Shown here one piece after another: positions 38,281 to 48,409 of a stretch of DNA of 64,000 nt. The DNA lies in the IMG/VR virus record IMGVR_UViG_3300035145_003993, positions 124,001 to 188,000 of that record; one strand, 5' to 3'. The notes beneath the pieces are model-generated. The model was not told the DNA's origin and ran no database searches. It saw only the letters and a program-made list of their open reading frames with translations. The position numbers were made by a program, and so were the translations under genes. Numbering within the stretch: the first letter of the stretch is position 1; every line of letters begins with the position of its first letter.

Positions 38281-38738
38281 AAACTAAAATTGTCCTCAAA
38301 TTCTTTAATAGGTACGTCTAAATATTCTTCGTTAGAGTCTATATCATATACATTTGATTTTATATCAACATTAAAAGACTTTTTATATTTAACTTTTTTA
38401 TTAGGTGGAAAAATTTCACCTTTATTATTTTTACTAGGTTTCTTAGATTCTTTATCTTTTTCGTTTATTTGATAATAAGATTTTGACATTTCTAAACTAT
38501 CAAGGCCTTCACCCGGAAATAGTAATCTAACAAAAAATTCACCACCTTTTTCAATAACATTAATTACTGTATATAAAAAACCCGCTTTGTCTTTAACTTT
38601 TAAACCTCTAGCAGAAGCTATTAAGTCATTATCATCTTTGTCTCTAACTTCAATTTCATTTAAATTTAAATAATGATCAATTCTTTTTTCATATTCTTCT
38701 TTTAAAAGATCAAATATTTGATTACTATTATTTTTCAT
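38277..38738 (-). CDS. Hypothetical protein
   Basis: ORF track; ATGA coupling to the SOD-like gene. Confidence 0.65.
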   Translation of the reverse strand: MKNNSNQIFDLLKEEYEKRIDHYLNLNEIEVRDKDDNDLIASARGLKVKDKAGFLYTVINVIEKGGEFFVRLLFPGEGLDSLEMSKSYYQINEKDKESKKPSKNNKGEIFPPNKKVKYKKSFNVDIKSNVYDIDSNEEYLDVPIKEFEDNFSL

Positions 38739-38837
38739 TTAATTTATCTTTCTTGTGTAATACGCTAATAGAAAGCATACTAAAATTATATATATTATAT
38801 ATTAATTATATTTGTTTATTTAATCAATACAGGTAAA

Positions 38838-39254
38838 TTATTCTTTGTATTGTTCAACAATAATAGAAGACTGTTTAAGAATACAAACTCCTGACATATC
38901 TCTATATTCTTCTTTGTATACAACCTTCTTGATTCCACTATTAATAATTGCCATAGCACAGTTTTCGCAAGGACTTAATGTTATATACATTACCTTATCT
39001 TTTGGATTATTATAATCAAGTTTTAAAAGAGCATTTATTTCAGCATGCAACAATCCGCTACATCCAGGTTCACTAGATTTAGGTTCGTTTAGCATTCCAG
39101 AAGCTCGTCCATTATATCCTAAAGAAAGTACTTGTGTGTTATCTGACGTTACTATAAGTGCTCCAACTTTAAAATCTGGATGATGACTTCTTTGTGCAAT
39201 TGTTTCTGTCATTTTCATCCATATTTTATCCCATGAGGGCCTATTTATATTCAT
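38838..39254 (-). CDS. dCMP deaminase
   Basis: KVGALIV, GYNG, LHAEINA, SPCENC. Confidence 0.9.
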   Translation of the reverse strand: MNINRPSWDKIWMKMTETIAQRSHHPDFKVGALIVTSDNTQVLSLGYNGRASGMLNEPKSSEPGCSGLLHAEINALLKLDYNNPKDKVMYITLSPCENCAMAIINSGIKKVVYKEEYRDMSGVCILKQSSIIVEQYKE

Positions 39255-39275
39255 AACTATTTTCTCCGAGGTTTT

Positions 39276-39752
39276 ATGTCTTATTTGTTATTAGAAAATT
39301 ATATTAAATCTATTATAGAAAAAAATACAATTAAAGAACTACATGTTTTTGATTTTGATATGACTTTATACAATCATAATAAAAAAGATTGGTTTGAAGA
39401 TGTCATGTTAAATTTAAAAAAATCTTTAAAAGATCCAAGTGTAAGAGTTATTTTATGCACAGCAAGAGAAAAAAGCGAAAATTTTATATTAAAAACTGAG
39501 AAGTTGCTTTCTACACGTAAAATGTCTCTTGAAGACTTTAATGAGTGTTATTTTAAATCAATACATAGAAAAGAAAAAACTCCGATTTATAAATCTAATG
39601 TCATTTTAGATGAAGTTAGTTCTAACACTAATATTGTAAAAGTAAAGTTTTGGGATGATCGTGAAGATACTCTTAATCAAGTTAAAAAAGATTTAAAAAA
39701 ATATAACGAAAATATAATTTATATTCCTGTTAATCCTTTAAAAATTGCATAA
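39276..39752 (+). CDS. HAD-superfamily phosphatase with leader
   Basis: VFDFDMTL, LCTAR, FWDDR. Confidence 0.8.
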   Translation: MSYLLLENYIKSIIEKNTIKELHVFDFDMTLYNHNKKDWFEDVMLNLKKSLKDPSVRVILCTAREKSENFILKTEKLLSTRKMSLEDFNECYFKSIHRKEKTPIYKSNVILDEVSSNTNIVKVKFWDDREDTLNQVKKDLKKYNENIIYIPVNPLKIA

Positions 39753-40592
39753 ATCTTTTTTCCAAGATAATATTTTTCTTTCAAGTTTTAAACTTTTATC
39801 TTTTTCATTTGCGTCTTTCAAAGTTATTCTATTCCAAGGGTATAATTTTCCTGTATTAGAAGAAGTAGATATTGTTTCTATTCCTTTAATAGAATATAAA
39901 TAAATTTTACTGTCATCAATTTCAACGTTTCTTTTAAATTTTAAAACTTTTGGTGGTCTTCCCATTTCAGACATTTCACTATCTTGTATTAATAATTCTT
40001 TACTAGTCCAAGGAATTGCAAATTTAATTGCGTCTTCTTTATAAGGAGTTACATAAGAGTATTTATTTAAGCAATTAAATCTACTTTGACTTCCATGATA
40101 ATATACTCTTTTCGAAATTTCAGGTATATAATATTGAGGTTTTACTTTAAAAGGAATAAAAATATGGATTTCTTTTTTATCATCGGGACAAGAAAACCAT
40201 AGTTTGTAAGCATCTGCAAATCCTTGTATTCCTTTACAGAATATTTTTTCTTTTCTCGCAACGAATAAAAATAAACATTTTTCAATTTCATTAGGTAAAA
40301 GTTTAAAGTAATATGAATATTCTCTTCTCTGTAATATTTGATCAGGGCTAGATTCGTTTGTTGCATTAAAAAAAGAAGCTCTTAGAAAAGATGTATTTTT
40401 TTCATGATAAGGAAAATATTTTCTAATCTCTTTTTCAGCTAATTTAAGTCTATGTCCTTCTATGACTTTATCGTATCTTAAAGGTCTTAAAACTTTTTTA
40501 TATTTTTTGTCTTTTGAAATAAACCAAATATCTGATGTTAGAAACTTTGTACCTAAGTTTTTAATTTCAATAGGGACATTAATTTTTTTCAT
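39738..40592 (-). CDS. Possible ADP-ribosyltransferase-fold protein
   Basis: YYHGSQ...YSYVTP..EDAIKFA...IYLYSI. Confidence 0.5.
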   Translation of the reverse strand: MKKINVPIEIKNLGTKFLTSDIWFISKDKKYKKVLRPLRYDKVIEGHRLKLAEKEIRKYFPYHEKNTSFLRASFFNATNESSPDQILQRREYSYYFKLLPNEIEKCLFLFVARKEKIFCKGIQGFADAYKLWFSCPDDKKEIHIFIPFKVKPQYYIPEISKRVYYHGSQSRFNCLNKYSYVTPYKEDAIKFAIPWTSKELLIQDSEMSEMGRPPKVLKFKRNVEIDDSKIYLYSIKGIETISTSSNTGKLYPWNRITLKDANEKDKSLKLERKILSWKKDLCNF

Positions 40593-40637
40593 TATTTCTC
40601 TTTTTATTATGTTTTAATTTTATTTTAAATTATTATA

Positions 40638-41498
40638 TTAAGACAATATTGCTTTGACATAATCTTTAATTAATTTGTGAGCATTTATAACTGTTTTACC
40701 TTGTACTCTTGACATCGTTAAAGAGTTAATAATCATGTTTCTATTAGCCAAACTAAGTTGATCAGGTGAAAGTATAAACTGCCTAAAACATTCTGCAAAA
40801 AACTCTCTTTCATCTGTAGATCCATATTCTGAAGGCATGTGTTTCATAATTGACTCAATCATGTTTTCTATTTTAGATAATGGTGTAAACTTATCAGATA
40901 ACTCATAATCTTTACAAATTTGAGAAGAAATACTAGAAAAGCCACCTTCAGAATTATTATCAAGAAAGTCAGCAAAATCATAAAATGATTCTTCAGCATC
41001 GTTTAAAAGTTTTTCGTTTCTTTCATCATCATTATTGTTTTCTATTATATCTTTTATAGACTTAAGCTCTCTAATAATATTTGTATAAGTTTCTCCTATT
41101 AATGTTATATACTCACTTGAATCTGATGAAACAAAATTAACGTGTATACAATGACCTATTTCATGTACTAAAGTGTTTATAAGTTGTTCTTCATTTTTAA
41201 ATTTACTTAAATCAAAAACAATAGCTTTAATATCAGTTTCTAAAAAAGCTTTCCAGTTATGTAAAGCTGATTTAAAATTTTTATCAATTTCAGCTCTTTC
41301 TTTATTACCCTTAACAATGACAAGACTTTTAAACAATTCTGATAATGGTGTGTTTATTCTGAACTGTTTAAATTTAATATTAACGTTTTCTAACCCACTA
41401 ATCAAATTATTTGTCATATAAAAATCATCTTCTGCATTTTTTGAAAAATAAACTTTTATACCATAATAGTTTTCTATTCTCGTAAATTCAATATTCAT
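40638..41498 (-). CDS. Zincin metallopeptidase-like protein
   Basis: VHEIGHCIH and YGSTDEREFFAECF. Confidence 0.75.
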   Translation of the reverse strand: MNIEFTRIENYYGIKVYFSKNAEDDFYMTNNLISGLENVNIKFKQFRINTPLSELFKSLVIVKGNKERAEIDKNFKSALHNWKAFLETDIKAIVFDLSKFKNEEQLINTLVHEIGHCIHVNFVSSDSSEYITLIGETYTNIIRELKSIKDIIENNNDDERNEKLLNDAEESFYDFADFLDNNSEGGFSSISSQICKDYELSDKFTPLSKIENMIESIMKHMPSEYGSTDEREFFAECFRQFILSPDQLSLANRNMIINSLTMSRVQGKTVINAHKLIKDYVKAILS

Positions 41499-42103
41499 AT
41501 ATCACCTAACTTGATTAAATGTCTAATTAAATTATTATCTTTCTCTTTAAAAGTCGTATAATGTTTTGCACAACGTGGCTCGTACATTCCTTTTGAACCA
41601 ACTCTCTCTTCAGCAGATGCATTATTTATATCAAACATAGCTTCAGTAAAATAAGCATCTTGATCACAATCAGTACAGACTGCTGGGCATATTTCTATTT
41701 TTGTTGCCCAAGGCATTATATTTTTTATATTCTCAAAAGGTACCTCGTTTGCGTCTAATTGAATTGATGACACAATTATATTAATACCTTTACGATATAA
41801 AGAAATTAAAACAGAATCAATATCATGTATCATAAATGCTTCATCTACAGCAATCACTGTATTCGAATTATACATGTCTTCATTGACATAGCACAATATT
41901 TCTTCAGCATGATTAATACAAAATGCAGGATATGTTGCTCCTGTATGTGTGCTTATAGCTTCTTTCGTATAACGATTATCTCTTTTAGCTTTAAATGCTA
42001 TTACTTTACGACCTTTATATAAAGATCGGTCTATATCTGACATTAGTTTTGTCGTTTTAGATCCGAACATAGGCCCTGTATATATTTTAAATGTTGGATT
42101 CAT
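41495..42103 (-). CDS. tdk: Thymidine kinase (type II)
   Basis: GPMFGSKT, VDEAFM, CxxC...YEPRCxxH zinc site. Confidence 0.92.
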   Translation of the reverse strand: MNPTFKIYTGPMFGSKTTKLMSDIDRSLYKGRKVIAFKAKRDNRYTKEAISTHTGATYPAFCINHAEEILCYVNEDMYNSNTVIAVDEAFMIHDIDSVLISLYRKGINIIVSSIQLDANEVPFENIKNIMPWATKIEICPAVCTDCDQDAYFTEAMFDINNASAEERVGSKGMYEPRCAKHYTTFKEKDNNLIRHLIKLGDI

Positions 42104-42201
42104 CTTCTATTTCTACTATCTTTATCATTTTCAATAACTTCTAATATCTCATTTTTACTAAATTTTTCTGGATTTAAAATTTCTTTAGACACTTTTTCCT
42201 T

Positions 42202-43092
42202 TCAAGGTACGATATAAGCTGACCTAATATTAATTGTAAGTTCGATATCTACATCTTCTGGTAAAGAAATCTCACCAGCCGCTCTTACACTAAGTATCTT
42301 AAGAAATTCATAATCTGTCCATAAATCTTTTAAAACATTAGACTGTTTAAGAGTTACATCAACATTTAAAGATTGATTTCTCCAAAGAAGATGAACGAAT
42401 GAAATATTTTTATTTCCAGAATATGAAAAATTCCTATTATCTAATTTATTTTTTTTGCGTGAATTACTTAAACCTGATCTTTCTAGAAATATTCTATTAG
42501 ATAATTTATCTATAATTTGATTATAATATTTATTTTTTTCGGGATTATTTAATATTGTGTAATCAATATTATTGATGTCGATTTTTTCTTTACATTTTAT
42601 GTCTAATAGTTCATTTTTTCCGCTCTTTATCACTAAAGATTTTATTAATTCTTGCGTAGGAATTTCGTTTAAAGAATTAATAAAAGAAATAGATTTTTGG
42701 CAATTTTCTTCAAGATTTTCACTTTCTATAAGTAAAACATTTGGATAATATTTTAAATTTGATTTAAGCAAATCTTCATAATATTTTCTTACTATTAGTA
42801 TGCTATTTTCATCTTGACATTCATCACCTCTGATTTTTAATCTTTCTAAGATTGTTTTTTCACTAGGTAATAAAACAATATAAAGTATGTCAAGTCTATT
42901 TAGTTCTTTTAAAAGTTTATCATACCAAATCGATTCTATTCCTCTATCATAGAGTTTTGAATAAACAATCATTGACATACAACTTCTATCTTGAATATTA
43001 TAGATATAACCTGTTTCTTTATGAATTTTATTAAATAATGTAGTTTTACCACTACAGTCAGGTCCTTCAATAATAATATGTTGAAATCTCAT
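42202..43092 (-). CDS. Thymidylate-kinase-like domain fused to a degenerate thymidylate-synthase-fold domain
   Basis: IIEGPDCSGKTT, QDRS; C-terminus DNR...ISFVHLLWRNQSLNVDVTLKQSNV..DLWTD...IRSAYIV. Confidence 0.7.
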   Translation of the reverse strand: MRFQHIIIEGPDCSGKTTLFNKIHKETGYIYNIQDRSCMSMIVYSKLYDRGIESIWYDKLLKELNRLDILYIVLLPSEKTILERLKIRGDECQDENSILIVRKYYEDLLKSNLKYYPNVLLIESENLEENCQKSISFINSLNEIPTQELIKSLVIKSGKNELLDIKCKEKIDINNIDYTILNNPEKNKYYNQIIDKLSNRIFLERSGLSNSRKKNKLDNRNFSYSGNKNISFVHLLWRNQSLNVDVTLKQSNVLKDLWTDYEFLKILSVRAAGEISLPEDVDIELTINIRSAYIVP

Positions 43093-43112
43093 TTAAAACC
43101 TTTTTATATTTT

Positions 43113-43141
43113 ATTGTATTAACTAATATGTATATTTACAT
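43113..43141 (-). promoter_or_regulatory. Phage promoter variant ATGTAAA-N16-TACAAT
   Basis: Upstream of the kinase operon. Confidence 0.55.
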
Positions 43142-43155
43142 ACAAAGGAAAAACA

Positions 43156-43365
43156 ATGTACCAAATTTTAGAAAATTATATACAACTTGTATTTGAAAAC
43201 GAAAAAAATAAAAACAAAACGTTTAAAGATATACTTAATAGTTTAAAAAATAGTCAAAATCCTAAAAAGGTACTAAGAAATACAGATCCTATAGAAAGAA
43301 ATACAGATCAAATAGGATTTGACCAATTAATTAAAAAATCTAGTAATTCTAATCAAACGCGTTAA
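43156..43365 (+). CDS. Short leader-bearing ORF, possible remnant
   Basis: MYQILENYIQLVFENE; RBS present; overlaps the dnaE stop. Confidence 0.45.
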   Translation: MYQILENYIQLVFENEKNKNKTFKDILNSLKNSQNPKKVLRNTDPIERNTDQIGFDQLIKKSSNSNQTR

Positions 43366-46300
43366 TCTTTTTAAGCTTAGCTAAACTTGATGACATACCC
43401 CAGTTAACATCATTACTAATATCAGCCAACCAAGTTGTAAATTCAATTTCACCTTCCATATCTCCCCATACTCGAAGCCATCCACTTCGATTATCAATAT
43501 CGACGCATTTCCATCTCATAAATGATTTACCGTTTTTAGTTGTTTTTCTAATAACTTCTGTAACAGTAAACCATCCAATTCCACGCTCACCTTTTGGTAT
43601 ATCAAAAATACTATTGATTTGCTTCTGTTTTAGTTTTTTAACTAAGCTTGGTGGAAACAATAAATCGTCATTTGCATCATTACTGAGTTCAAAATAGTTT
43701 TTAATTTTAGTACTTCTTGACCAATCACTAACAACTCTGTATTGTGAGATTAACTTTTCGACAATTGGAATGATTTCTTCACCATTTTTATTTGCTTTTT
43801 TAATAGCAGTTTTTGTCATTCCAAAGCTTCCTTTCTTTAAAATCATATAATTATCCAAGATTAAATCATGCATTTGTTTGTGATTGTCTAGTGTTCCATC
43901 TTGAAATTCTTGGAGTGACTTAAATGCTTCCATCTTTGTTAGTGATGAAAAAGCTGTTTTATTCATTTTTGAATGTTTCCATTCTCCTTCTTTATTGTAA
44001 AAAAGATCTTGTAAATTATTATATGGTCTATTTACAAATATTTCTTCAACAGCTTTGTCACCTACTCCTTTAAGAGATGTCAACGGAGGAACAAACGATT
44101 TTAAATCTTCTGAATATTCCCATTGAGATCCTGAGTGATTTATATCAATTGCTGATATGTCATATCCTAGTGCCTTAATTTCTGCAATTACTTTGGACAT
44201 TCCTTTAGGATTACCATTTTCTGATTGTAAAACAGTTGCTAGCCAGTCTGTTTCGTAGTGTGTATGAAGCCACGCAGCGTAATATGAGTCGATTGCATAA
44301 GAAACAGCATGACTTTTATTGAAACCGTAAACAGCAAAACCTTCTATTTCTTCCCAAAGTTTTTTAGATATATGTTCGGGTACATCATTAATTTCTTTTG
44401 CACCTTTAATAAACTTTTCTCTTGCAATTGTTTTTTCATCTTTTTTATTTCCCATTGTTGCGAGATTATTCTTAACAAGGGTTTTTCTCAGCTTATCAGC
44501 TTCACCTGGATCAAAACCTGATAGTTTTTGTGCAAGTAACATAAATTGCTCTTGAAATACAACGTAAGAAAATGTTGGTCCTAAAACTTCTTCGATAATC
44601 GGATGATCGTATTTAATTTGTTCTGCGTTTTGTTTAGATTTAACATATTTTTTATGAACATTAGCTTTAAGAGGTCCAGGACGATAAATAGCAGTTAAAG
44701 CTGCTAATTCTTCAATACTTTCTGGTTTAGCTTCTAATGAAAAGTTTCTAGCTCCTGTATTTGTAAATTGGAATATTCCTACAAATCTTCCATCATGATA
44801 TACATGCTTCCAGACATCTTGATCATTTTGTTCGTGAAATCTACAATTTAAATGTTTATCAAAGAATTTTTTAGCATCACTAAATTGTGGATTATTATTA
44901 CCCTCCTTTTTAAGGATTCTATAAATACAATTTTCAATATCTTTTAATAAGGATAAACCTAAGAAATCAAATTTAATAAAACCATTATCTTCTAAGTTTC
45001 TAAAATTTAATCCTTCTGACCATGGTGTTTGTAATTCTCCTCTTACACCTACGATAGGCATAGTTGTTTCTAAATGTTCAGGATCAGCTACTAACACACC
45101 CCCTGCATGACGACCAATTGCTCTATTCTGCATAAACAAAGAAGCAATATGAGTTTCAACTTCAGGATATCTTTCCATAAAATCTTTATATTCTGGAGAA
45201 TACTTTTTACAATCTTCATGCTTAAGAACAAAAACAGATTTTTCTTGATCGTCACCTTTTGCCATTTTCATAACTTGATCGTGAAGAGGACCAGTTACTT
45301 TATTTACTTCATCATACGGAATATCATAAAACTTAGATATATCTTTAATAAGAGACTTAAGCTTTAAAGTATTAAAGTTAGAAACAGGAATAACAGCATC
45401 GTTTCCATATAATTCTTTTGCAGCATTAATTAACTCATCACGATCACCAGCATCTGTATCAATATCAGGCCATGAAACCCTATGCCTTCCTAAGAATCTT
45501 GCCCAAAGAAGATCGTATGGAAGAGGGTCAACTTGTGTAATGCCTAATAAATAATTAACTAAAGAGCCAGCTCCTGATCCTCTTCCTGGCCCTAATAAAG
45601 TTTTCTTTTCAGCCTTCTTAAAAATTTCATACATCGTAATAAAATATGCTTCGTGACCAAGATACTTTATATCTGATAATTCTTCTTTAGCACGATCAAC
45701 ATAAACTTGGTTTGTATGAAAACCATGGCTAACGAGTGAATCTTTAACTAAAGAAGATAAGTGTTGAAAAGGAGTTTTATTTGGAACGTTTATTGTAGGT
45801 AGTTTAACTCCTGTATCAATCCAAGTATCTTCAAATTCATTCCAAACGATATCATGAGTTCGATTAATAGCATCACGAACTAATTCTTCATTACCTTTAT
45901 AAAATTCATAAGTAGGATATGAATCAAGAAATTCTTCCCACATTTGAGAAGCATTTTTTGGATATAATTCACACTTAAGATCTTCAAATTCTGGAAGAGA
46001 AAGATTATCTCTTTTTCCTAACCAACCAAGTTTTTTATATAATTCTCGAGCTTGCCATTTTTCATTTGAAGGGTAATGTGAATCTGCTGTACAAATAAGA
46101 GGAATACCTGTTAATTTATGGTGTTCTATAAGATAATCATTAACAGTATGCTGTTTTTCTAATTTATTAAACTGTAATTCAAGTTTAAAATTGTTTTCTC
46201 CAACACAAGAAACAAACCTATCTGTTAGATTTAATAATTCTTTCTGAATTTGTTCACGTGATTGATTATGAACTTCACCTCTTAAAATACGATTACTATA

Positions 46301-46444
46301 AATACCACCAAGGCAGTTGTGCACTAAAATATTGTTAGCAAAAAAATTGTGATTACCTTCAACAGTAATGTCGTAAACGTCAGAAGTCTCATCTATTTCT
46401 TCAATAATTTCAACTTCAATAAATTTTGTTTGAATGTCTTTCAA
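43349..46444 (-). CDS. dnaE: DNA polymerase III alpha, C-terminal part, preceded by a C-intein
   Basis: IntC ending VHN|C; GPGRGSGAGS, PDIDTD, GRHAGG, KFDFLG, YGFNKSHA. Confidence 0.95.
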   Translation of the reverse strand: MKDIQTKFIEVEIIEEIDETSDVYDITVEGNHNFFANNILVHNCLGGIYSNRILRGEVHNQSREQIQKELLNLTDRFVSCVGENNFKLELQFNKLEKQHTVNDYLIEHHKLTGIPLICTADSHYPSNEKWQARELYKKLGWLGKRDNLSLPEFEDLKCELYPKNASQMWEEFLDSYPTYEFYKGNEELVRDAINRTHDIVWNEFEDTWIDTGVKLPTINVPNKTPFQHLSSLVKDSLVSHGFHTNQVYVDRAKEELSDIKYLGHEAYFITMYEIFKKAEKKTLLGPGRGSGAGSLVNYLLGITQVDPLPYDLLWARFLGRHRVSWPDIDTDAGDRDELINAAKELYGNDAVIPVSNFNTLKLKSLIKDISKFYDIPYDEVNKVTGPLHDQVMKMAKGDDQEKSVFVLKHEDCKKYSPEYKDFMERYPEVETHIASLFMQNRAIGRHAGGVLVADPEHLETTMPIVGVRGELQTPWSEGLNFRNLEDNGFIKFDFLGLSLLKDIENCIYRILKKEGNNNPQFSDAKKFFDKHLNCRFHEQNDQDVWKHVYHDGRFVGIFQFTNTGARNFSLEAKPESIEELAALTAIYRPGPLKANVHKKYVKSKQNAEQIKYDHPIIEEVLGPTFSYVVFQEQFMLLAQKLSGFDPGEADKLRKTLVKNNLATMGNKKDEKTIAREKFIKGAKEINDVPEHISKKLWEEIEGFAVYGFNKSHAVSYAIDSYYAAWLHTHYETDWLATVLQSENGNPKGMSKVIAEIKALGYDISAIDINHSGSQWEYSEDLKSFVPPLTSLKGVGDKAVEEIFVNRPYNNLQDLFYNKEGEWKHSKMNKTAFSSLTKMEAFKSLQEFQDGTLDNHKQMHDLILDNYMILKKGSFGMTKTAIKKANKNGEEIIPIVEKLISQYRVVSDWSRSTKIKNYFELSNDANDDLLFPPSLVKKLKQKQINSIFDIPKGERGIGWFTVTEVIRKTTKNGKSFMRWKCVDIDNRSGWLRVWGDMEGEIEFTTWLADISNDVNWGMSSSLAKLKKINAFD
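46316..46444 (-). mobile_element. Split intein C-fragment (43 aa) of DnaE
   Basis: VYDITVEGNHNFFANNILVHN followed by Cys+1. Confidence 0.93.
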
Positions 46445-46463
46445 AATTATTCCTTTTTATTAG

Positions 46464-46492
46464 AATATAATACAATTAGTTAATATTTACAC
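46464..46492 (-). promoter_or_regulatory. Phage promoter GTGTAAA-N16-TATATT for the dnaE C-fragment
   Basis: -35 lies in the last codons of the endonuclease gene. Confidence 0.65.
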
Positions 46493-47426
46493 TTTCATTA
46501 ATTAAATCAATTGTATTATCAATTTCATTTTCCCATATAATCAAGTAGTTATAGTTTCTTTTTTTTGCTATCTTCATTTTGTAAGAATCAGCATTCCAAA
46601 TATCACCTGCTTTTATTTTTCCTCTTGGGAAATCAAGAATGCTATTTTCATTATATAGAGAAGGGTGTGCGTGCCAAAATAGACCATGGCATTCAATGAT
46701 TAAATTAAACTTTGGCAGATAAAAATCATATATGTAACATCTTTTGTTGTATAATAATTCATCTTTTGTCAAATTAATTCGATATTGAATAGAATAGTCA
46801 ATGTTATTTTCTCTTAATAATCTTTCAATTCTTTTTTCTGTTTTAGGTTGTGATGTTTTTTTAAGAGCACCAATTGCACCTTTAACAGCTCTTTCTGAAA
46901 TTATTGCATTTGCATTATCCTTACTTAATCCTTTCTTAAGCCAAAACTCAATGCAAAATGGAGAATTTGATCGTTTATAGTTAGATAAACTTTCTTTTGC
47001 ATCTTCAATATTTTCCGTTTTTTCTATCCAATACTCTAAAGTTTGTTTTTGGTTGTAAGGTTTACCTGACTTTTTTCTAGTTTTAACTGTTCCTTTTTGT
47101 CCTTTTAAAGAAGTCTTCAAATAGTAACTTTCAATTTCTTTTATTGAAGTGTTTTTTGGAAATTTAAACTGACTTCTGAATGCTGTTGAAGTTTTTTGAT
47201 TATCTACATGAAGCTTAAAACCGATTTTGTCTTTTAAAAGAATAGAAAAAGTTTGCTGTGATATATTTAACTCATTAAAGCATTTTCTATTGTCACGATT
47301 AATCATTTGATATAACATTGAAAACGAGTAAAGTTTATTAATAAAACCTTGTATTTCTTCTTTTGAGTAATAAGAAAAAAGTATTTCTTCTCTAATTTTC
47401 CATATATTTGTTTTTTTTGTTTTCAT
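46476..47426 (-). mobile_element. Free-standing Vsr-like homing endonuclease between the dnaE halves
   Basis: C-terminal YDFYLPKFNLIIECHGLFWH...IIWE; repeated EYWIEK/EFWLKKG segments. Confidence 0.85.
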
Positions 47427-47463
47427 TATATTATCCTCCTAGGCACATATTATATATTCTGCT

Positions 47464-48381
47464 TCAGAGGTTAATATTAATAATTATATCACCTTTAACA
47501 ATATCTTTTGTATCAATCCATCCTTTGTCTTTAACAAGAACACGATGATCAGGTGTAAGTTTGATTTCGTTACCTTCTTTGTCTTTAATTCTCATAAGCT
47601 TAGCACCTCCTCGGGTTTTGTCACCCCAGATTACTTTTTTAAATTCAGCTTTGCTAGTATATTCATTATAAGAAAGAACTTGGATTTCTTCACCTTTATT
47701 AAATCTTTCTACAACTTCTTTAATAGATAGATTTCCAGATGAAGTTTGTAAAGTTGTGTCAGGATGAAGACAAGCTGTAGATATGTGTAATCCTTCACCA
47801 TGTTCTTGAAGCATTTGAAAATCAATACGTGGGTATCTATAAAAACCATATTTATACGATTTTTTAACTAAAGTAAATAAATTGTGAAGACCTTTTTGGT
47901 TTTTTGCTGTAACTACCAAATGATATCTTCTTTTCCACTCATCTTTAAGGATATCAACATTTTTTGTTTCATCTTCGTCTTCAACAACTAATCCGCCACT
48001 TTCATCATCTGCGTCAATATCAACTTTTTCTTTTGATTTCCTTTCAGCAGCAGCGGCAGATTTTGCGTCTTTTACTGCTTGTTTGTGAGCAGCATATTCT
48101 TCAGACCATTGTTGAAGTGAAGGAACAAAATAAAATTCAACTCCATAAATTTGTCTATAATTCCTTCCTGATTTTTGCATTCTAATTGTATGAGATCTTG
48201 CATGAGCAAGACCATTACCGTTACCATGGTCTGTTAGTGCCCATGCATCCATACCCTGAGATTCAGACAAAACAAAATCAATATGATCAGATGGGTATCC
48301 TAATCCATCGAATGTTGAAAACGTGCTGTGTGCATGAAGACCGACAAATCTATCTGGTGGTGTTATTAAATCAATAGACAA
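47464..48381 (-). CDS. dnaE: DNA polymerase III alpha, N-terminal PHP domain plus N-intein
   Basis: LHAHSTFSTFDG, ALTDHG, IYGVEFY, YHLVV, ISTA|CLHPDT. Confidence 0.95.
   Translation of the reverse strand: MSIDLITPPDRFVGLHAHSTFSTFDGLGYPSDHIDFVLSESQGMDAWALTDHGNGNGLAHARSHTIRMQKSGRNYRQIYGVEFYFVPSLQQWSEEYAAHKQAVKDAKSAAAAERKSKEKVDIDADDESGGLVVEDEDETKNVDILKDEWKRRYHLVVTAKNQKGLHNLFTLVKKSYKYGFYRYPRIDFQMLQEHGEGLHISTACLHPDTTLQTSSGNLSIKEVVERFNKGEEIQVLSYNEYTSKAEFKKVIWGDKTRGGAKLMRIKDKEGNEIKLTPDHRVLVKDKGWIDTKDIVKGDIIININL
47467..47772 (-). mobile_element. Split intein N-fragment (102 aa) of DnaE
   Basis: Block A CLHPDT, block B LTPDHRVL, GW...GD. Confidence 0.93.
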
Positions 48382-48409
48382 ATTATATACCTTTCTTTTT
48401 TTATTTATT

